NCBI GenBank assembly: GCA_963749075.1
Contig: CAVVLJ010000021.1
Span: forward strand, 160,001-224,000
Direction: 5' to 3'
Length of the DNA stretch: 64,000 bases
From: an uncultured Pseudomonadota bacterium
GTDB lineage: Bacteria > Pseudomonadota > Alphaproteobacteria > JACZXZ01
The number at the start of each line of letters is the position of its first letter. Within the stretch, counting starts at the first letter, position 1. Positions 20,651-30,991 of the stretch are shown here, piece by piece. The position numbers and the translations under genes are program-made. The notes beneath the pieces were generated by a model that was not told where the DNA came from, made no database searches, and saw nothing but the letters and a program-made list of their open reading frames with translations.

Positions 20651-21229
20651 TCAGCTGCCGCCGGTGGTGCCGAGGGCCTGGCTGCGCAAGCGCTCCGCGC
20701 GCGACAGGATGGTGTCCTCGAGCTCGGTCGCCGTGTGCTGCTCGGAGGCCACGTCCTGCCACTGCCCGTCGGTCTGCTTCTGGTGGAAGACGGTGACGCG
20801 CAGCGCCTCGGCGCGCAGGTCCTTGCCGAGGATGTAGATGTTGAGCTTGAAGCGCTCCTGCGGCGTCTCGGGCGGCGCATACCAATCGGTGATGATGACG
20901 CCGCCGAAGGGGTCGGCCGAGACGAGCGGCATGAAGGAGACCGTGTCGAGCGCGCCGCGCCAGAGGAAGGTGTTGACGCCGATGCTCTGGCCGACGCTGG
21001 ACTCGGTGCCCTTGGAGAAGGCCGGGAGGATCGGCGTTGCCTGCCTGTCGGCGGTCCCGCCCGGAGGCTCGCTCACCGTACCACCCGGCATCTCCGCTGG
21101 CGTGGTCCCTTTGGGAAGCTGCTTATCGCCGAAGAGGCCGCAGCCGCCGAGCGCCAGCGCCAGGAGCGCGCCGGCAAGGGCGATGCGCCGGCGGGGGTGG
21201 GACTGGGGGCTGCTCAAAGCTGACGACAT
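20651..21229 (-). CDS. DUF3576-family lipoprotein
   Basis: Lipobox LGGC; [34 protein letters not shown]; usual position upstream of leuS. Confidence 0.88.
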   Translation of the reverse strand: MSSALSSPQSHPRRRIALAGALLALALGGCGLFGDKQLPKGTTPAEMPGGTVSEPPGGTADRQATPILPAFSKGTESSVGQSIGVNTFLWRGALDTVSFMPLVSADPFGGVIITDWYAPPETPQERFKLNIYILGKDLRAEALRVTVFHQKQTDGQWQDVASEQHTATELEDTILSRAERLRSQALGTTGGS

Positions 21230-21419
21230 CCTGACTTGCTCCTTGATGCTCGCGACACCGGCCGCCTCCCCCCTTCGTGCGGCACTATAGCCATGCGAAG
21301 AGCCACATTGATAGCAAGGGATTCCGGGAGATCAAGCACTTCCGCAATAGCGCCGCGGACCCGCAAGGGTGCCGGGCATGCCGGGCAGAGCCCGCGAGGG
21401 CGCGGCGCGGCGTCCCCGC

Positions 21420-21644
21420 TTACTCCTTCATCAGATGGGACGCAGCACTCTGCCCTGTCCTCTCGTTTACGTACTTTTCGCCGTAGAGCACGATGAACAA
21501 AAGCAGCCAGCCGGCCGCCACGAACCACCAGGACAGCATGCCCCAAAACGTCACGAGGACCGAAAGTGTGAGGACGTAGAAATACAGCATGGCGACGGCA
21601 AAGGTGCCGACGCCGATGAACATGTTCATGTCCGATGCACGCAT
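21420..21644 (-). CDS. Small two-TM membrane protein, LYFY family copy 1 (74 aa)
   Basis: AAGGAG RBS; TTGGCA-16-TACAAT promoter; aligns without gaps to copies at 45188 and 47880. Confidence 0.8.
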   Translation of the reverse strand: MRASDMNMFIGVGTFAVAMLYFYVLTLSVLVTFWGMLSWWFVAAGWLLLFIVLYGEKYVNERTGQSAASHLMKE

Positions 21645-21781
21645 GACGGACTCCTTGCATCGAGAATATTCGATGGATTGTAGCGCATAAAGCACGCCTG
21701 CCAAGGGTAGGAAAATCCGCCGCCCCGGCAGGGCGCCGCCGGGCGCTTCCGCCCGGGCGCCTGCCCGGCTATAAGCTGCCC

Positions 21782-22771
21782 ATGACCCGGCTCTTGGCCC
21801 TTCTCGCCGTCTTCCTCGCGAGCCTCGGCGCCACGCGCCTCGTGCTCGCCTATCTCGAGCGCCACGCCATTCTCGACCACCCCAACGAGCGCTCGAGCCA
21901 TGCGGTGCCGACGCCGCGCGGCGGCGGCCTCGCCCTCATGGCCGTGCTGCTGCCGGCGTGGCTGCTCATAGCCCTCCTCGTGCCGGGGGCGGATCGCGCG
22001 GTCCTGTGGCCGCTCGCCGCGGCGGCACTCCTCGCGGCGGTGAGCTGGCGCGACGACCTGGCGCCGCTCGCGGTCCATCTCCGCCTCCTCGCCCAGGCGG
22101 CGGCCGTCGCCTTAGGCCTCGTCGCCTTTGCCGGCAAGGGGCTGTTCCTGCATGGCCTTCTCCCGTTCTGGCTCGATCGCCTTGCCGGCGGCGTCCTCTG
22201 GCTCTGGTTCCTAAACCTCTTCAACTTCATGGACGGCATCGACGGCATCGCCGGGGCGGAAGCCGCGGCCCTCGGCGGCGGGGTTGCGCTCGTCGCAGCC
22301 CTCGGCGGCTGGGGCGGTGCCATGCCGCTCTACGGCCTGACCGTGGCCGCGGCGGCGCTCGGCTTTCTCGCTTGGAACTGGCCGCCGGCGCGCATTTTCA
22401 TGGGCGACGTGGGCAGCGTGCCGCTCGGCTATCTCCTCGCCTGGCTGCTCCTCGAGCTCGCGACCCGCGGCCTCTGGGCGGCGGCACTCCTGCTGCCGCT
22501 CTACTACCTCGCCGACGCCTCGCTCACCCTGCTGCGCCGGCTCTTGCGCGGCGAGCGCGTCTGGCGCGCCCACCGCGAGCATTTCTACCAGAAGGCCGTG
22601 GCGGCCGGCCTGAGCCACGCCCAGGTGGTGGCGGCGGTGCTCGGCGCCGACGCCGCACTCCTCGCGCTCGCGCTGTGGGCCACCTTGGCGAGACCGTGGC
22701 TCCCGCTGGCGCTCGGGGCGCTCGCCACAGCCCTCCTCCTCGCCTACCTCGGCACCCGCAAGCGCGCCTGA
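21782..22771 (+). CDS. Polyprenyl-phosphate sugar-1-phosphate transferase (MraY/WecA/WbpL family)
   Basis: DHPNERSSHAVPTPRGGG, WRDD, NLFNFMDGIDG, ARIFMGDVGS, AHREHFYQ. Confidence 0.9.
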   Translation: MTRLLALLAVFLASLGATRLVLAYLERHAILDHPNERSSHAVPTPRGGGLALMAVLLPAWLLIALLVPGADRAVLWPLAAAALLAAVSWRDDLAPLAVHLRLLAQAAAVALGLVAFAGKGLFLHGLLPFWLDRLAGGVLWLWFLNLFNFMDGIDGIAGAEAAALGGGVALVAALGGWGGAMPLYGLTVAAAALGFLAWNWPPARIFMGDVGSVPLGYLLAWLLLELATRGLWAAALLLPLYYLADASLTLLRRLLRGERVWRAHREHFYQKAVAAGLSHAQVVAAVLGADAALLALALWATLARPWLPLALGALATALLLAYLGTRKRA

Positions 22772-22871
22772 GCGCGCGGCGCTCGCGGAGCTATTGAGCA
22801 GCGGCCGCCTATGCTATTGTCCCGCCCGCCCAACCGGCGGAATCGCAGCGCTATGTCGTGGCTGCGACGCG

Positions 22872-24845
22872 GTGGCCGGAGAGCGCACGCAGATACCACG
22901 GCACGAGGACGACCGGACGCGCCACTTGAGCCGCATTCTGACCCCAGCCCGCCTCGCCTTCCTCCATGACGTGATCATGGCGGCGCTCTCCTTCGTCGTT
23001 TCGCTCTATCTCCGGGTGGGCGACCTCACTTGGTGGTATCTCGCGAACTACCTGTGGCCCGCCCTGCTCCTCTTCGTGGCGGTCGCGGCGGTGGTCTTTC
23101 TCTGGATGCGCACGGGTCGCGGCGTGTGGCGCTTCATCGCCATGGTCGACCTCCTGACCCTCGCCCAGGCGGTCACCCTCGTCATCCTCCTCTTCCTCCC
23201 GCTGCTTTTCTTCTTCACCCGGCTCGATCAGCTGCCGCGCTCCATGCTGATCATCAACTGGTTCGTGCTCATGGCGCTCCTGGGCGGCCCGCGCATCCTC
23301 TATCGCCTGGCCAAGGACCGCCGCCTCGGCCTCACCCTTGCCAAGACCGGGCACCGCCGCGTGCCCGTGCTCCTGGTCGGCGCCGGCGACGGCGCCGAGA
23401 TGTTCATCCGCGCCATGCAGTACGAGCCCCAGGCGCACTACCGGGTGGTCGGCATCCTCGACGAGAAGGGCACGCGGGTGGGACGCGACATCCATGGCGT
23501 GCCGGTGCTGGGCACCGACCAGGAGCTCGCCGCGGTCGTGGCGCGCTGCGCCGCGCGGGGGCGGCGGCCGGAGCGCCTGATCGTCACCAAGGACAATCTC
23601 GCGGCGAGCGGCCTCAGGGAGCTCTTCGAGGCAGCCGACGCTCTCGGCCTCACCCTCGCGCGCGCGCCGCGCATGAGCGATCTGCGCGCCGGCCTCGCCG
23701 ATACGCTCGAGACGCGGCCGATCGCCATCGAGGATTTGCTCGGCCGGCCGCAGACGGTGCTCGACCGCGCCGGCATGAAGGCGATGATCGCCGGCCGCCG
23801 CGTGCTGGTCACGGGCGCCGGCGGCACCATCGGCGGCGAGCTCGTGCGCCAGATCGCCGAGCTGGCGCCCGCCCGCTTGGCCCTCCTCGACAACGGCGAG
23901 TACAACCTCTACCGCATCGCCCAGGAGCTCGCCGAGCTGGCGCCGGAGCTGGCGCAAGTCGTCCTGCTCGCCGACGTGCGCGAGGGCGCGCACATGGCAG
24001 CGCTTTTCGCGGCCGAGAAGCCGGAGCTGGTGTTCCACGCGGCGGCCCTCAAGCATGTGCCGATGGTCGAGCACAACGCGCGCGAGGGCGTGCTCACCAA
24101 TCTCGTCGGCACGCGCAACGTGGCGGATGCCTGCCACGCGGCCGGCGTCGCCGCCATGGTGCTCATCTCGACCGACAAGGCCGTCAATCCGGCGAGCGTC
24201 ATGGGCGCCACCAAGCGCGCTGCCGAGAGCTACTGCCAGGCGCGCGACATCCTCGCCGCCGCCGGCCGCGGACGCACGCGCTACATCACGGTGCGCTTCG
24301 GCAACGTGCTGGGCTCGACCGGCTCGGTGGTGCCGCTCTTCCAGCGCCAGATCGAGCGCGGCGGCCCGGTGACCGTCACCCATCGAGACATCAAGCGCTA
24401 CTTCATGACCGTGCGCGAGGCGGTCGAGCTCGTGCTCCAGGCAGCCGCCCTCGGCGCCAGCGCCGGCGTCGAGGCCGGCAAGATCTTCGTGCTCGACATG
24501 GGCGAGCCGGTGCGCATCCTCGATCTCGCGCGCCAGATGATCCGCCTGGCCGGGCTCAGGCCCGAGGTCGACATCGCGATCGTCTTCACCGGCTTGCGGC
24601 CGGGCGAGAAGCTCAACGAGGAGCTGCTCCATGCGACCGAGCAGCTCCTGCCCACGCGCTGCCAGGGCATCCTCCTCGCCGCCCCCCGCGCGGCCGATCT
24701 GGCGCTCATCGGCCGCGCCATCGACGAGGCCGAGGAGGCCGTGCTGCGCGGGCGGGACGAGCAGCTCTTGACCCTTCTCGAGCGCATGGTGCCGGAGTAC
24801 CGTCCGGCGGCCGACGGCGCAGAGCGGGCGACCGCCGCGCGATGA
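22872..24845 (+). CDS. Polysaccharide biosynthesis nucleoside-diphosphate sugar 4,6-dehydratase (CapD/WbpM family)
   Basis: N-terminal TMs, [54 protein letters not shown]; start uncertain. Confidence 0.9.
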   Translation: MAGERTQIPRHEDDRTRHLSRILTPARLAFLHDVIMAALSFVVSLYLRVGDLTWWYLANYLWPALLLFVAVAAVVFLWMRTGRGVWRFIAMVDLLTLAQAVTLVILLFLPLLFFFTRLDQLPRSMLIINWFVLMALLGGPRILYRLAKDRRLGLTLAKTGHRRVPVLLVGAGDGAEMFIRAMQYEPQAHYRVVGILDEKGTRVGRDIHGVPVLGTDQELAAVVARCAARGRRPERLIVTKDNLAASGLRELFEAADALGLTLARAPRMSDLRAGLADTLETRPIAIEDLLGRPQTVLDRAGMKAMIAGRRVLVTGAGGTIGGELVRQIAELAPARLALLDNGEYNLYRIAQELAELAPELAQVVLLADVREGAHMAALFAAEKPELVFHAAALKHVPMVEHNAREGVLTNLVGTRNVADACHAAGVAAMVLISTDKAVNPASVMGATKRAAESYCQARDILAAAGRGRTRYITVRFGNVLGSTGSVVPLFQRQIERGGPVTVTHRDIKRYFMTVREAVELVLQAAALGASAGVEAGKIFVLDMGEPVRILDLARQMIRLAGLRPEVDIAIVFTGLRPGEKLNEELLHATEQLLPTRCQGILLAAPRAADLALIGRAIDEAEEAVLRGRDEQLLTLLERMVPEYRPAADGAERATAAR

Positions 24846-26425
24846 GCGGGACGGCGCTGCCGATCCGCCGGGCGCTGGTCTCGGTCTCGGACAAGACGGG
24901 CCTCGTCGAGCTAGGCCGCTTCCTCGCCGCGCGTGGCGTCGAGATCCTCTCGACCGGCGGCTCGGCCAAGGCGCTCGCCGGGGCCGGCGTTGCCGCCACC
25001 GAGGTGGCCCAGGCGACCGGCTTCCCCGAGATCATGGACGGCCGGGTCAAGACCCTCCACCCCAAGATCCACGGCGGCATCCTCGCGCGCCGCGACGTGG
25101 CCGACGATCGGAAGGCGATGCGCGAGCTCGGCATCGAGCCCATCGACCTGGTGGTGATCAACCTCTATCCCTTCGAGGCCACGGTGGCGCGGGGTGCCGA
25201 TTTCGCGGACGCCATCGAGAACATCGACATCGGCGGGCCGGCCCTCATCCGGGCTGCCGCCAAGAACCACGAGTTCGTAGCTGTGGTGACCGAGCCCGGC
25301 GACTATGAGGCGCTCATCGCCGAGATGGGCGCCGAGGGAGGCGCCACCACGCTCGCCCTCAGGCGCCGGCTCGCGGCCAAGGCCTACGCGCGGACCGCCG
25401 CCTATGACGCGGCGATCGGCGGCTGGTTCGCGGGTGAGCTGGGCGAGACTTTTCCCGAGCGCCTCGTCCTGGCCGGCACCCTCAAGGAGCGCCTGCGCTA
25501 CGGCGAGAATCCGCACCAGAAGGCGGCGTTCTACGTGGGTGGTGCGCCGCGCCCGGGTGTCGCCACCGCGCGCCAGCTCCAAGGCAAGGAGCTCAGCTAC
25601 AACAACCTCAACGACACGGATGCGGCCTTCGAGCTGGTCGCCGAATTCGCCGAGCCCGCCGTCGCCATCATCAAGCACGCCAATCCCTGCGGCGTCGCCA
25701 CCGGCACCGGTCCCGCCGAGGCCTATGCCAAGGCGCTCGCCTGCGATCCCATGAGCGCTTTCGGCGGCATCGTGGCGCTCAACCGCCCGCTCGACGCGGC
25801 CACGGCCGGCGAGATCGGCAAGCTCTTGATCGAGGTGGTGATCGCACCCGCGGCCGAGGCGGCGGCGGAGGCGGCACTCGCGGCCAAGAAGAACCTGCGC
25901 CTCCTCGTCACGGGCGGCTTGCCAGACCCGGCCGGGCCGGGCCTGAGTGTGCGCTCGCTCGCGGGCGGCTATCTGGCCGAGACGCGCGACGACGGACGGG
26001 TTCGGCGCGAGGACCTCAAGCTCGTGACGCGGCGGGCGCCGAGCGAGGCCGAGCTCTTGGACCTCCTCTTCGCCTTCCGCGTGGCCAAGCACGTCAAGTC
26101 GAACGCCATCGTCTATGCCAAGGGCGGTGCCACCGTCGGCATCGGCGCCGGCCAGATGAGCCGCGTCGATTCCTCGCGCATCGCCGCCTGGAAGGCCGAG
26201 GAGGCGGGCAAGGCCGCGGGCGAGGCGGCGCTCCGCACCAAAGGTGCGGTCGTCGCCTCCGACGCCTTCTTCCCCTTCGCCGACGGGCTCCTTGCCGCCG
26301 TGGCCGCCGGTGCCACCGCCGTCATCCAGCCGGGCGGCTCGCTGCGCGACGAGGAGGTCATCAAGGCCGCGGACGAGGCCGGCATCGCCATGGTCTTCAC
26401 AGGCATGCGGCACTTCAGGCATTGA
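24842..26425 (+). CDS. purH: Bifunctional AICAR transformylase/IMP cyclohydrolase
   Basis: [59 protein letters not shown]. Confidence 0.97.
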   Translation: MSGTALPIRRALVSVSDKTGLVELGRFLAARGVEILSTGGSAKALAGAGVAATEVAQATGFPEIMDGRVKTLHPKIHGGILARRDVADDRKAMRELGIEPIDLVVINLYPFEATVARGADFADAIENIDIGGPALIRAAAKNHEFVAVVTEPGDYEALIAEMGAEGGATTLALRRRLAAKAYARTAAYDAAIGGWFAGELGETFPERLVLAGTLKERLRYGENPHQKAAFYVGGAPRPGVATARQLQGKELSYNNLNDTDAAFELVAEFAEPAVAIIKHANPCGVATGTGPAEAYAKALACDPMSAFGGIVALNRPLDAATAGEIGKLLIEVVIAPAAEAAAEAALAAKKNLRLLVTGGLPDPAGPGLSVRSLAGGYLAETRDDGRVRREDLKLVTRRAPSEAELLDLLFAFRVAKHVKSNAIVYAKGGATVGIGAGQMSRVDSSRIAAWKAEEAGKAAGEAALRTKGAVVASDAFFPFADGLLAAVAAGATAVIQPGGSLRDEEVIKAADEAGIAMVFTGMRHFRH

Positions 26426-26515
26426 GGGGAACGGGGATGGGATAGTGCAGTGGCGGAGCAGGCTTCGCGCGCATTCCAGCCTTCATCGCTCTTCCATTGC
26501 ACGGAGGGGGCGTCG

Positions 26516-27100
26516 ATGCAGAAAAAGCAGAACACCCCGCCGAAAGTGGGCACGGTCATCCACCGCGCAAGAAAGGCGCATGGCTGGACCTTGGAGGAGC
26601 TGGCCAAAAGGTCGGGCGTGTCCCGCTCGATGCTGTCGCAGATCGAGCGCGATCTTACGAATCCGACGTTCGCAACGGTATGGCGCATCACCTCGGCGCT
26701 CGGCCTCGGACTCGAGGGCGTGCTGCCGAGCCCGCAGTCGATTAGAGAGATGAGTCTGTTGCCCGACCATGCGACGCCCGCGCTCGGAAGCGCCGACAGA
26801 AAATGTACCTTGCGCATCCTCGGGCCGATGGAACTGGCGGCCTACGTCGAGTGGTACGATTTCCAGGCCGCGAAGGGAGGCGCACTGATCTCCGAGCCGC
26901 ACGAGGCGGGAACGACCGAGCATCTCACCGTTTTGGACGGCAAGTTCCAGGTGCAGAGCGGCGAGCAGGTGGCGACAGTCGCCGCGGGCGAGACCATCCG
27001 CTACCGCGGCGACCTCCCGCATGCGATCCGCAACCTGCGCGATGCGCCGTCGCGCGGGCTCATCGTGGTCACCCACGCTCCCGCGCAGAACCCGCGGTAG
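26516..27100 (+). CDS. XRE-family HTH regulator with cupin domain (SutR/PuuR-like)
   Basis: [25 protein letters not shown]; [20 protein letters not shown]. Confidence 0.88.
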   Translation: MQKKQNTPPKVGTVIHRARKAHGWTLEELAKRSGVSRSMLSQIERDLTNPTFATVWRITSALGLGLEGVLPSPQSIREMSLLPDHATPALGSADRKCTLRILGPMELAAYVEWYDFQAAKGGALISEPHEAGTTEHLTVLDGKFQVQSGEQVATVAAGETIRYRGDLPHAIRNLRDAPSRGLIVVTHAPAQNPR

Positions 27101-27252
27101 CGGCGCCGCCCGCAGCTCAAATCCGATTGACAGGAAATTTCTCCTATATACTGTAAATGCGGCGCGGCCGCGGGGCGGGGCGGCTTCCGCTTTGTGGCGC
27201 AGCGTCCGGCGAGCGGGCCGGCGATGCCGGTCGGGAATGGGGAACCAAAATC

Positions 27253-28140
27253 ATGAAAGTCACGCTTCTCGGAACGGGAACCCCCACGCCGTCGCTCGTT
27301 CGCGCAAGCTCCGGATATCTCTTCGAGATCGGCGAGGACGTGATCGTCATCGATCACGGGCCGGGCGCCCACCACCGCCTTTTGCAGGCGGGCAAGCGTG
27401 CGGTCGATGTCACGCACCTCCTCTTCAGCCATCTCCATTACGACCACTGCTGCGACTATGCGCGGCTCTTGCTCACGCGGTGGGATATGGGCGCCGACCG
27501 CATCCCCGAGCTCAAGGTCTACGGTCCGGCTCATACGCGGCGGATGACGGAGCTACTCTTCGAGGAGGACGGCGTCTTCGGGCCCGACATCAACGCGCGC
27601 ATCAAGCATCAGGGCAGCATCGACATCTTCGAGAAGCGCGGCGGCAAGCCGCCGCGCAAGTGGCCGAAGCCGGAGGTCGCCGTCGTCAAGCCCGGCTCAG
27701 TCATCGAAGGCGGCGAGTGGCGCATCACCGTGGGCGAAGCGTCGCACGTGCAGCCCTATCTCGAATGCTTCGCCTACCGCATCGACACGAACGACGGGTC
27801 CGTCTGCTATTCCGGCGACAGCGGCGGGGTCTGCAGAAGCGTGATCAAGCTCGCGCAAGGCTGCGACATGCTTATTCACATGAACCACTACTTCAGTGGC
27901 ACCGAACCCACGCCGATCTATCGCGCGGTTTGCGGCAACCATATCGACACCGCCCATGTGGCGAAGGAGGCCGGGGTGAAGACGCTGGTGCTCACGCACA
28001 TGCTGGAGCAGATCGACCGGCCGGGGGTGCGGGAGCAGATCCTGCGCGAGATGATGCAGATCTACGCGGGCAGCATCATCTGGGGCGCCGACCTCATGGA
28101 ATTGACGCTCGCGGCGCCGCGGATGGCGAAAATGGAATAG
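27253..28140 (+). CDS. MBL-fold hydrolase (RNase Z/AtsA-like)
   Basis: LLGTGTP, SHLHYDHCCD, YSGDSG, LVLTH; TTGACA promoter-like sequence ~27127. Confidence 0.85.
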   Translation: MKVTLLGTGTPTPSLVRASSGYLFEIGEDVIVIDHGPGAHHRLLQAGKRAVDVTHLLFSHLHYDHCCDYARLLLTRWDMGADRIPELKVYGPAHTRRMTELLFEEDGVFGPDINARIKHQGSIDIFEKRGGKPPRKWPKPEVAVVKPGSVIEGGEWRITVGEASHVQPYLECFAYRIDTNDGSVCYSGDSGGVCRSVIKLAQGCDMLIHMNHYFSGTEPTPIYRAVCGNHIDTAHVAKEAGVKTLVLTHMLEQIDRPGVREQILREMMQIYAGSIIWGADLMELTLAAPRMAKME

Positions 28141-28271
28141 CCCGCCGGCGCTCGGGCCTTTTGCCCCGCCCCGCGCGATGGCGCGAGCGAATTTGGTTGA
28201 CCGCGCCAGGAAGAGCGGGAAAAGTGGCCGTCGCGCGCGTCCGGCGGCGCCCCGGCCTTGGCCGGCCTGCG

Positions 28272-28324
28272 TTGACAGGACGGCGCGGGTTCGGTATCGT
28301 GAACACCTTCCGATATATCGGAAG
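28272..28324 (+). promoter_or_regulatory. sigma70 promoter plus palindromic operator
   Basis: TTGACA-17-TATCGT, then perfect 18-bp palindrome CTTCCGATATATCGGAAG (28307-28324) overlapping the likely +1. Confidence 0.75.
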
Positions 28325-28389
28325 ATAAAAATCGCGGCCCGCCGAACGGCTCGAAAGAGGCGTGGACGGAGCGGGGGACGGGGAACTGC

Positions 28390-29310
28390 GTGGCGCAAAT
28401 CGCCTTCATCGGGCTTGGCACGATGGGCGCGCCCATGGCGCGCAATCTCCTGAAGCACGGGCATTCCGTGGCGGCGTTCGATTGCTCCGAGGCGGCGCTC
28501 GTCCGCTTCGGCGAGACTCGCGCGCGCATTGCCGCCTCGCCGCTCGATGCGGCGAAGGGGGCGCAGTTCGTCATCACCATGCTGCCCACGTCCGCGGACG
28601 TGCGCGAGGCGATGGCGGGGCCGGAGGGCGCCATCCCGTCGATGGCGCCCGGCTGCATGCTCATCGATTCGACCACGGCGTCGCCGCGCGAATCCATGTC
28701 GCTCGCGCGGCTGCTGGGCGAGCGTGGCTGCAGGATGATCGATGCGGCGGTGGGCCGGCCGCCTTGGGACGCCGAGCAGGGGACATTGCTCTTCCTCGTC
28801 GGCGCGGATGAGGGGGACCTCGCCCACGCGGCGCCGATCCTGCGCTGCATGGGCAACGAGATCATTCACTGCGGGCCGCAGGGGAACGGTGCGAAGGTCA
28901 AGGCGATCAACAATTATATGAGCGTCCTCGGCATGGTGGTGGCGGCCGAGACGCTGGCCTTCGGCAAGACGGCCGGCATCGACCGCGATCTCCTCGTCTC
29001 GGTGCTGCAGAAGACCGTCGCCGGCCGGGGCGCCATCAACGTTCTCTATCCGAAGAAGGTTCTCGCAGGCGACGTGACGCCGCTCTTCGCGATGCGGCTC
29101 GCGCACAAGGATCTCGGCCTTGCCGTCGAATTCGGCGCGGAGCTCGGCGTGCCGCTGGCAACGGGCTCGGCGGCTCGGGCGGTGCTGACCTTGGGCGAGC
29201 CACTGGGAAGGATGGACCAGGACGTGACCAGCCTCCTGCTCGTTCTCGAGGAGATTCTCGGGTCTAGGACGGCGGCTCGCGCGGCGCCGGCCGGGTCGCC
29301 GCCATCATAA
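28390..29310 (+). CDS. beta-hydroxyacid dehydrogenase family oxidoreductase, most like sulfolactaldehyde reductase YihU
   Basis: AFIGLGTMGAPMARNL, KAINNYMS, PKKVLAGD..AHKDLGLA resemble YihU-type motifs. Confidence 0.8.
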   Translation: MAQIAFIGLGTMGAPMARNLLKHGHSVAAFDCSEAALVRFGETRARIAASPLDAAKGAQFVITMLPTSADVREAMAGPEGAIPSMAPGCMLIDSTTASPRESMSLARLLGERGCRMIDAAVGRPPWDAEQGTLLFLVGADEGDLAHAAPILRCMGNEIIHCGPQGNGAKVKAINNYMSVLGMVVAAETLAFGKTAGIDRDLLVSVLQKTVAGRGAINVLYPKKVLAGDVTPLFAMRLAHKDLGLAVEFGAELGVPLATGSAARAVLTLGEPLGRMDQDVTSLLLVLEEILGSRTAARAAPAGSPPS

Positions 29311-29327
29311 GGAAGCGGAGGAGCGTC

Positions 29328-30347
29328 ATGGCACAAGCGGCAGCTCGTTTCGGATCGACCTCGCTCGCGGCTCTATGTTTCGCCTGCGCGGTCATGTTCG
29401 CCTTTTCTTCTGCCGACGCCAAGACCGTCATGACGCTCGCCTACAGCCTGCCGGAAGGCTCGACCTACGACGTGGGCGCCAAGAAGTTCAAGGAGCTGGT
29501 CGAGAGCCGCACCAACGGCGAGGTCGAGCTGCGCATCATCTGCTGCGGGCGGCTGGGAAGCGACGAGGACGAATTCCGCCGCATCGAGGAGGGAAGCCTC
29601 GACGGCGCCATCCTGGGGCTCAACCTGGTCGGGCCGTTCGTCGCCGACGTCGATACCTTCTTCCTGCCGTACATGTTCAAGGACCTGAAGCACCTCGAGC
29701 ACGTGATGCTGGGTCCGATCGGCGCGAAGCTGCACGCGGAGATCCGCGAGAAGACCGGCGTGGAAGTCATCGGCTATACAGACTTCCTCTTCCGCAACCT
29801 CTATAACAGCAAGCGCGACATCAACAGCCTCAAGGACGTGGCCGGCCTCAAATACAGGGTCCCGCGCAACGAGGTCATGATCCAGACCTACCAGGCGTTC
29901 GGTGCCGAGGCGACGCCGCTCGGCTTCGCCGAGACCTTCAGCGCGACGCAGACCGGCATCGTCGACGGCGGCGACCTCGCCGCGATCCACCTCTATCAGT
30001 CCAAAATCTACGAGGTGGCCAAGCACATGGCCGTGACCGAGCATTTCGTCCTGATTTCGGGCTTCTTCGTCGGCGACAAGTTCTTGAGCAAGCTGCCGGC
30101 GAAAACCGCGGACATCATCCGCGCCGCCGGACCCGAGGCCGGGGCCGTCGCGCGGGCGTTCGGCTACAGTACCGAGCGCGACGCGGTCGAGAAGCTCAAA
30201 GCGGCGGGCGTGGTCTTCACCCACCCGGACAAGGCGGAATTCATTGCTGCCGTGAAACCGGTCTGGGACCGCTTCGTCAAGGAGCGCGGCCCGAAGGCCG
30301 CGGAGGTCATCAAGGAGATCGAGGCGACCGCGTCATCGTCGAACTAG
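29328..30347 (+). CDS. TRAP transporter substrate-binding protein DctP
   Basis: Signal peptide; FKELVESRTNGEV, GLKYRVP, TGIVDGGD, YEVAKH. Confidence 0.9.
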   Translation: MAQAAARFGSTSLAALCFACAVMFAFSSADAKTVMTLAYSLPEGSTYDVGAKKFKELVESRTNGEVELRIICCGRLGSDEDEFRRIEEGSLDGAILGLNLVGPFVADVDTFFLPYMFKDLKHLEHVMLGPIGAKLHAEIREKTGVEVIGYTDFLFRNLYNSKRDINSLKDVAGLKYRVPRNEVMIQTYQAFGAEATPLGFAETFSATQTGIVDGGDLAAIHLYQSKIYEVAKHMAVTEHFVLISGFFVGDKFLSKLPAKTADIIRAAGPEAGAVARAFGYSTERDAVEKLKAAGVVFTHPDKAEFIAAVKPVWDRFVKERGPKAAEVIKEIEATASSSN

Positions 30348-30454
30348 GCTCCGGTCTCGAGGGCCGGCGCAGGCTCTTCTTCCGCGCGCGCGGTAATTCA
30401 GGGCGCGCGCCCGGCGAGAGCCCCGCAATCGACCACGACGCCGGACGGTGGAGA

Positions 30455-30991
30455 GTGCGCATTCGAAGGATGCTCAGCCGGGCGCTTGAAGTGATCCGCC
30501 GGAGGGCCGAGGACGTCTTGTGCTCGCTCCTGCTCGTCTTCATCACGGCGATCATCTTCCTCCAGGTCGTGATGCGGTACGTCTTCCACGCGCCGCTCTC
30601 CTGGGTGGACGAGGCGAGCGTCTTCGCCTTCGTGTGGTTCGTCTATCTCGGTGCCTCCCTGGCGACGCGGGAGCGTTCGCACATCCGCGTGCTCAACTTC
30701 ATCCACCTTCTGCCGCCTCGGGCGGCGCTCGCCGCGGTGATGGCGAGCGACCTCCTGTGGCTGGCCTTCAACGCGCTCATGGTCTGGCAGGGTGCCGCGC
30801 TCTTCCGCGACCTCTCCGTGCACCCCTATCTCTCGAGCGCGCTCGGCATCTCCGAGAAATGGCCGTTCCTCGCGGTCCCCGTCGGGTTCCTCTTCGTGGC
30901 GCTCAGGATGGCCGAGGTCTACGTCGATTGGTGGCGGACCGGCCGGCCGCTGACGAGCCCGCTCGAGGGCGGCGAGGCCGCCATTGACTGA
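30455..30991 (+). CDS. TRAP small permease DctQ
   Basis: QVVMRYVF.APLSWVDE, HIRV; four TMs. Confidence 0.88.
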   Translation: MRIRRMLSRALEVIRRRAEDVLCSLLLVFITAIIFLQVVMRYVFHAPLSWVDEASVFAFVWFVYLGASLATRERSHIRVLNFIHLLPPRAALAAVMASDLLWLAFNALMVWQGAALFRDLSVHPYLSSALGISEKWPFLAVPVGFLFVALRMAEVYVDWWRTGRPLTSPLEGGEAAID

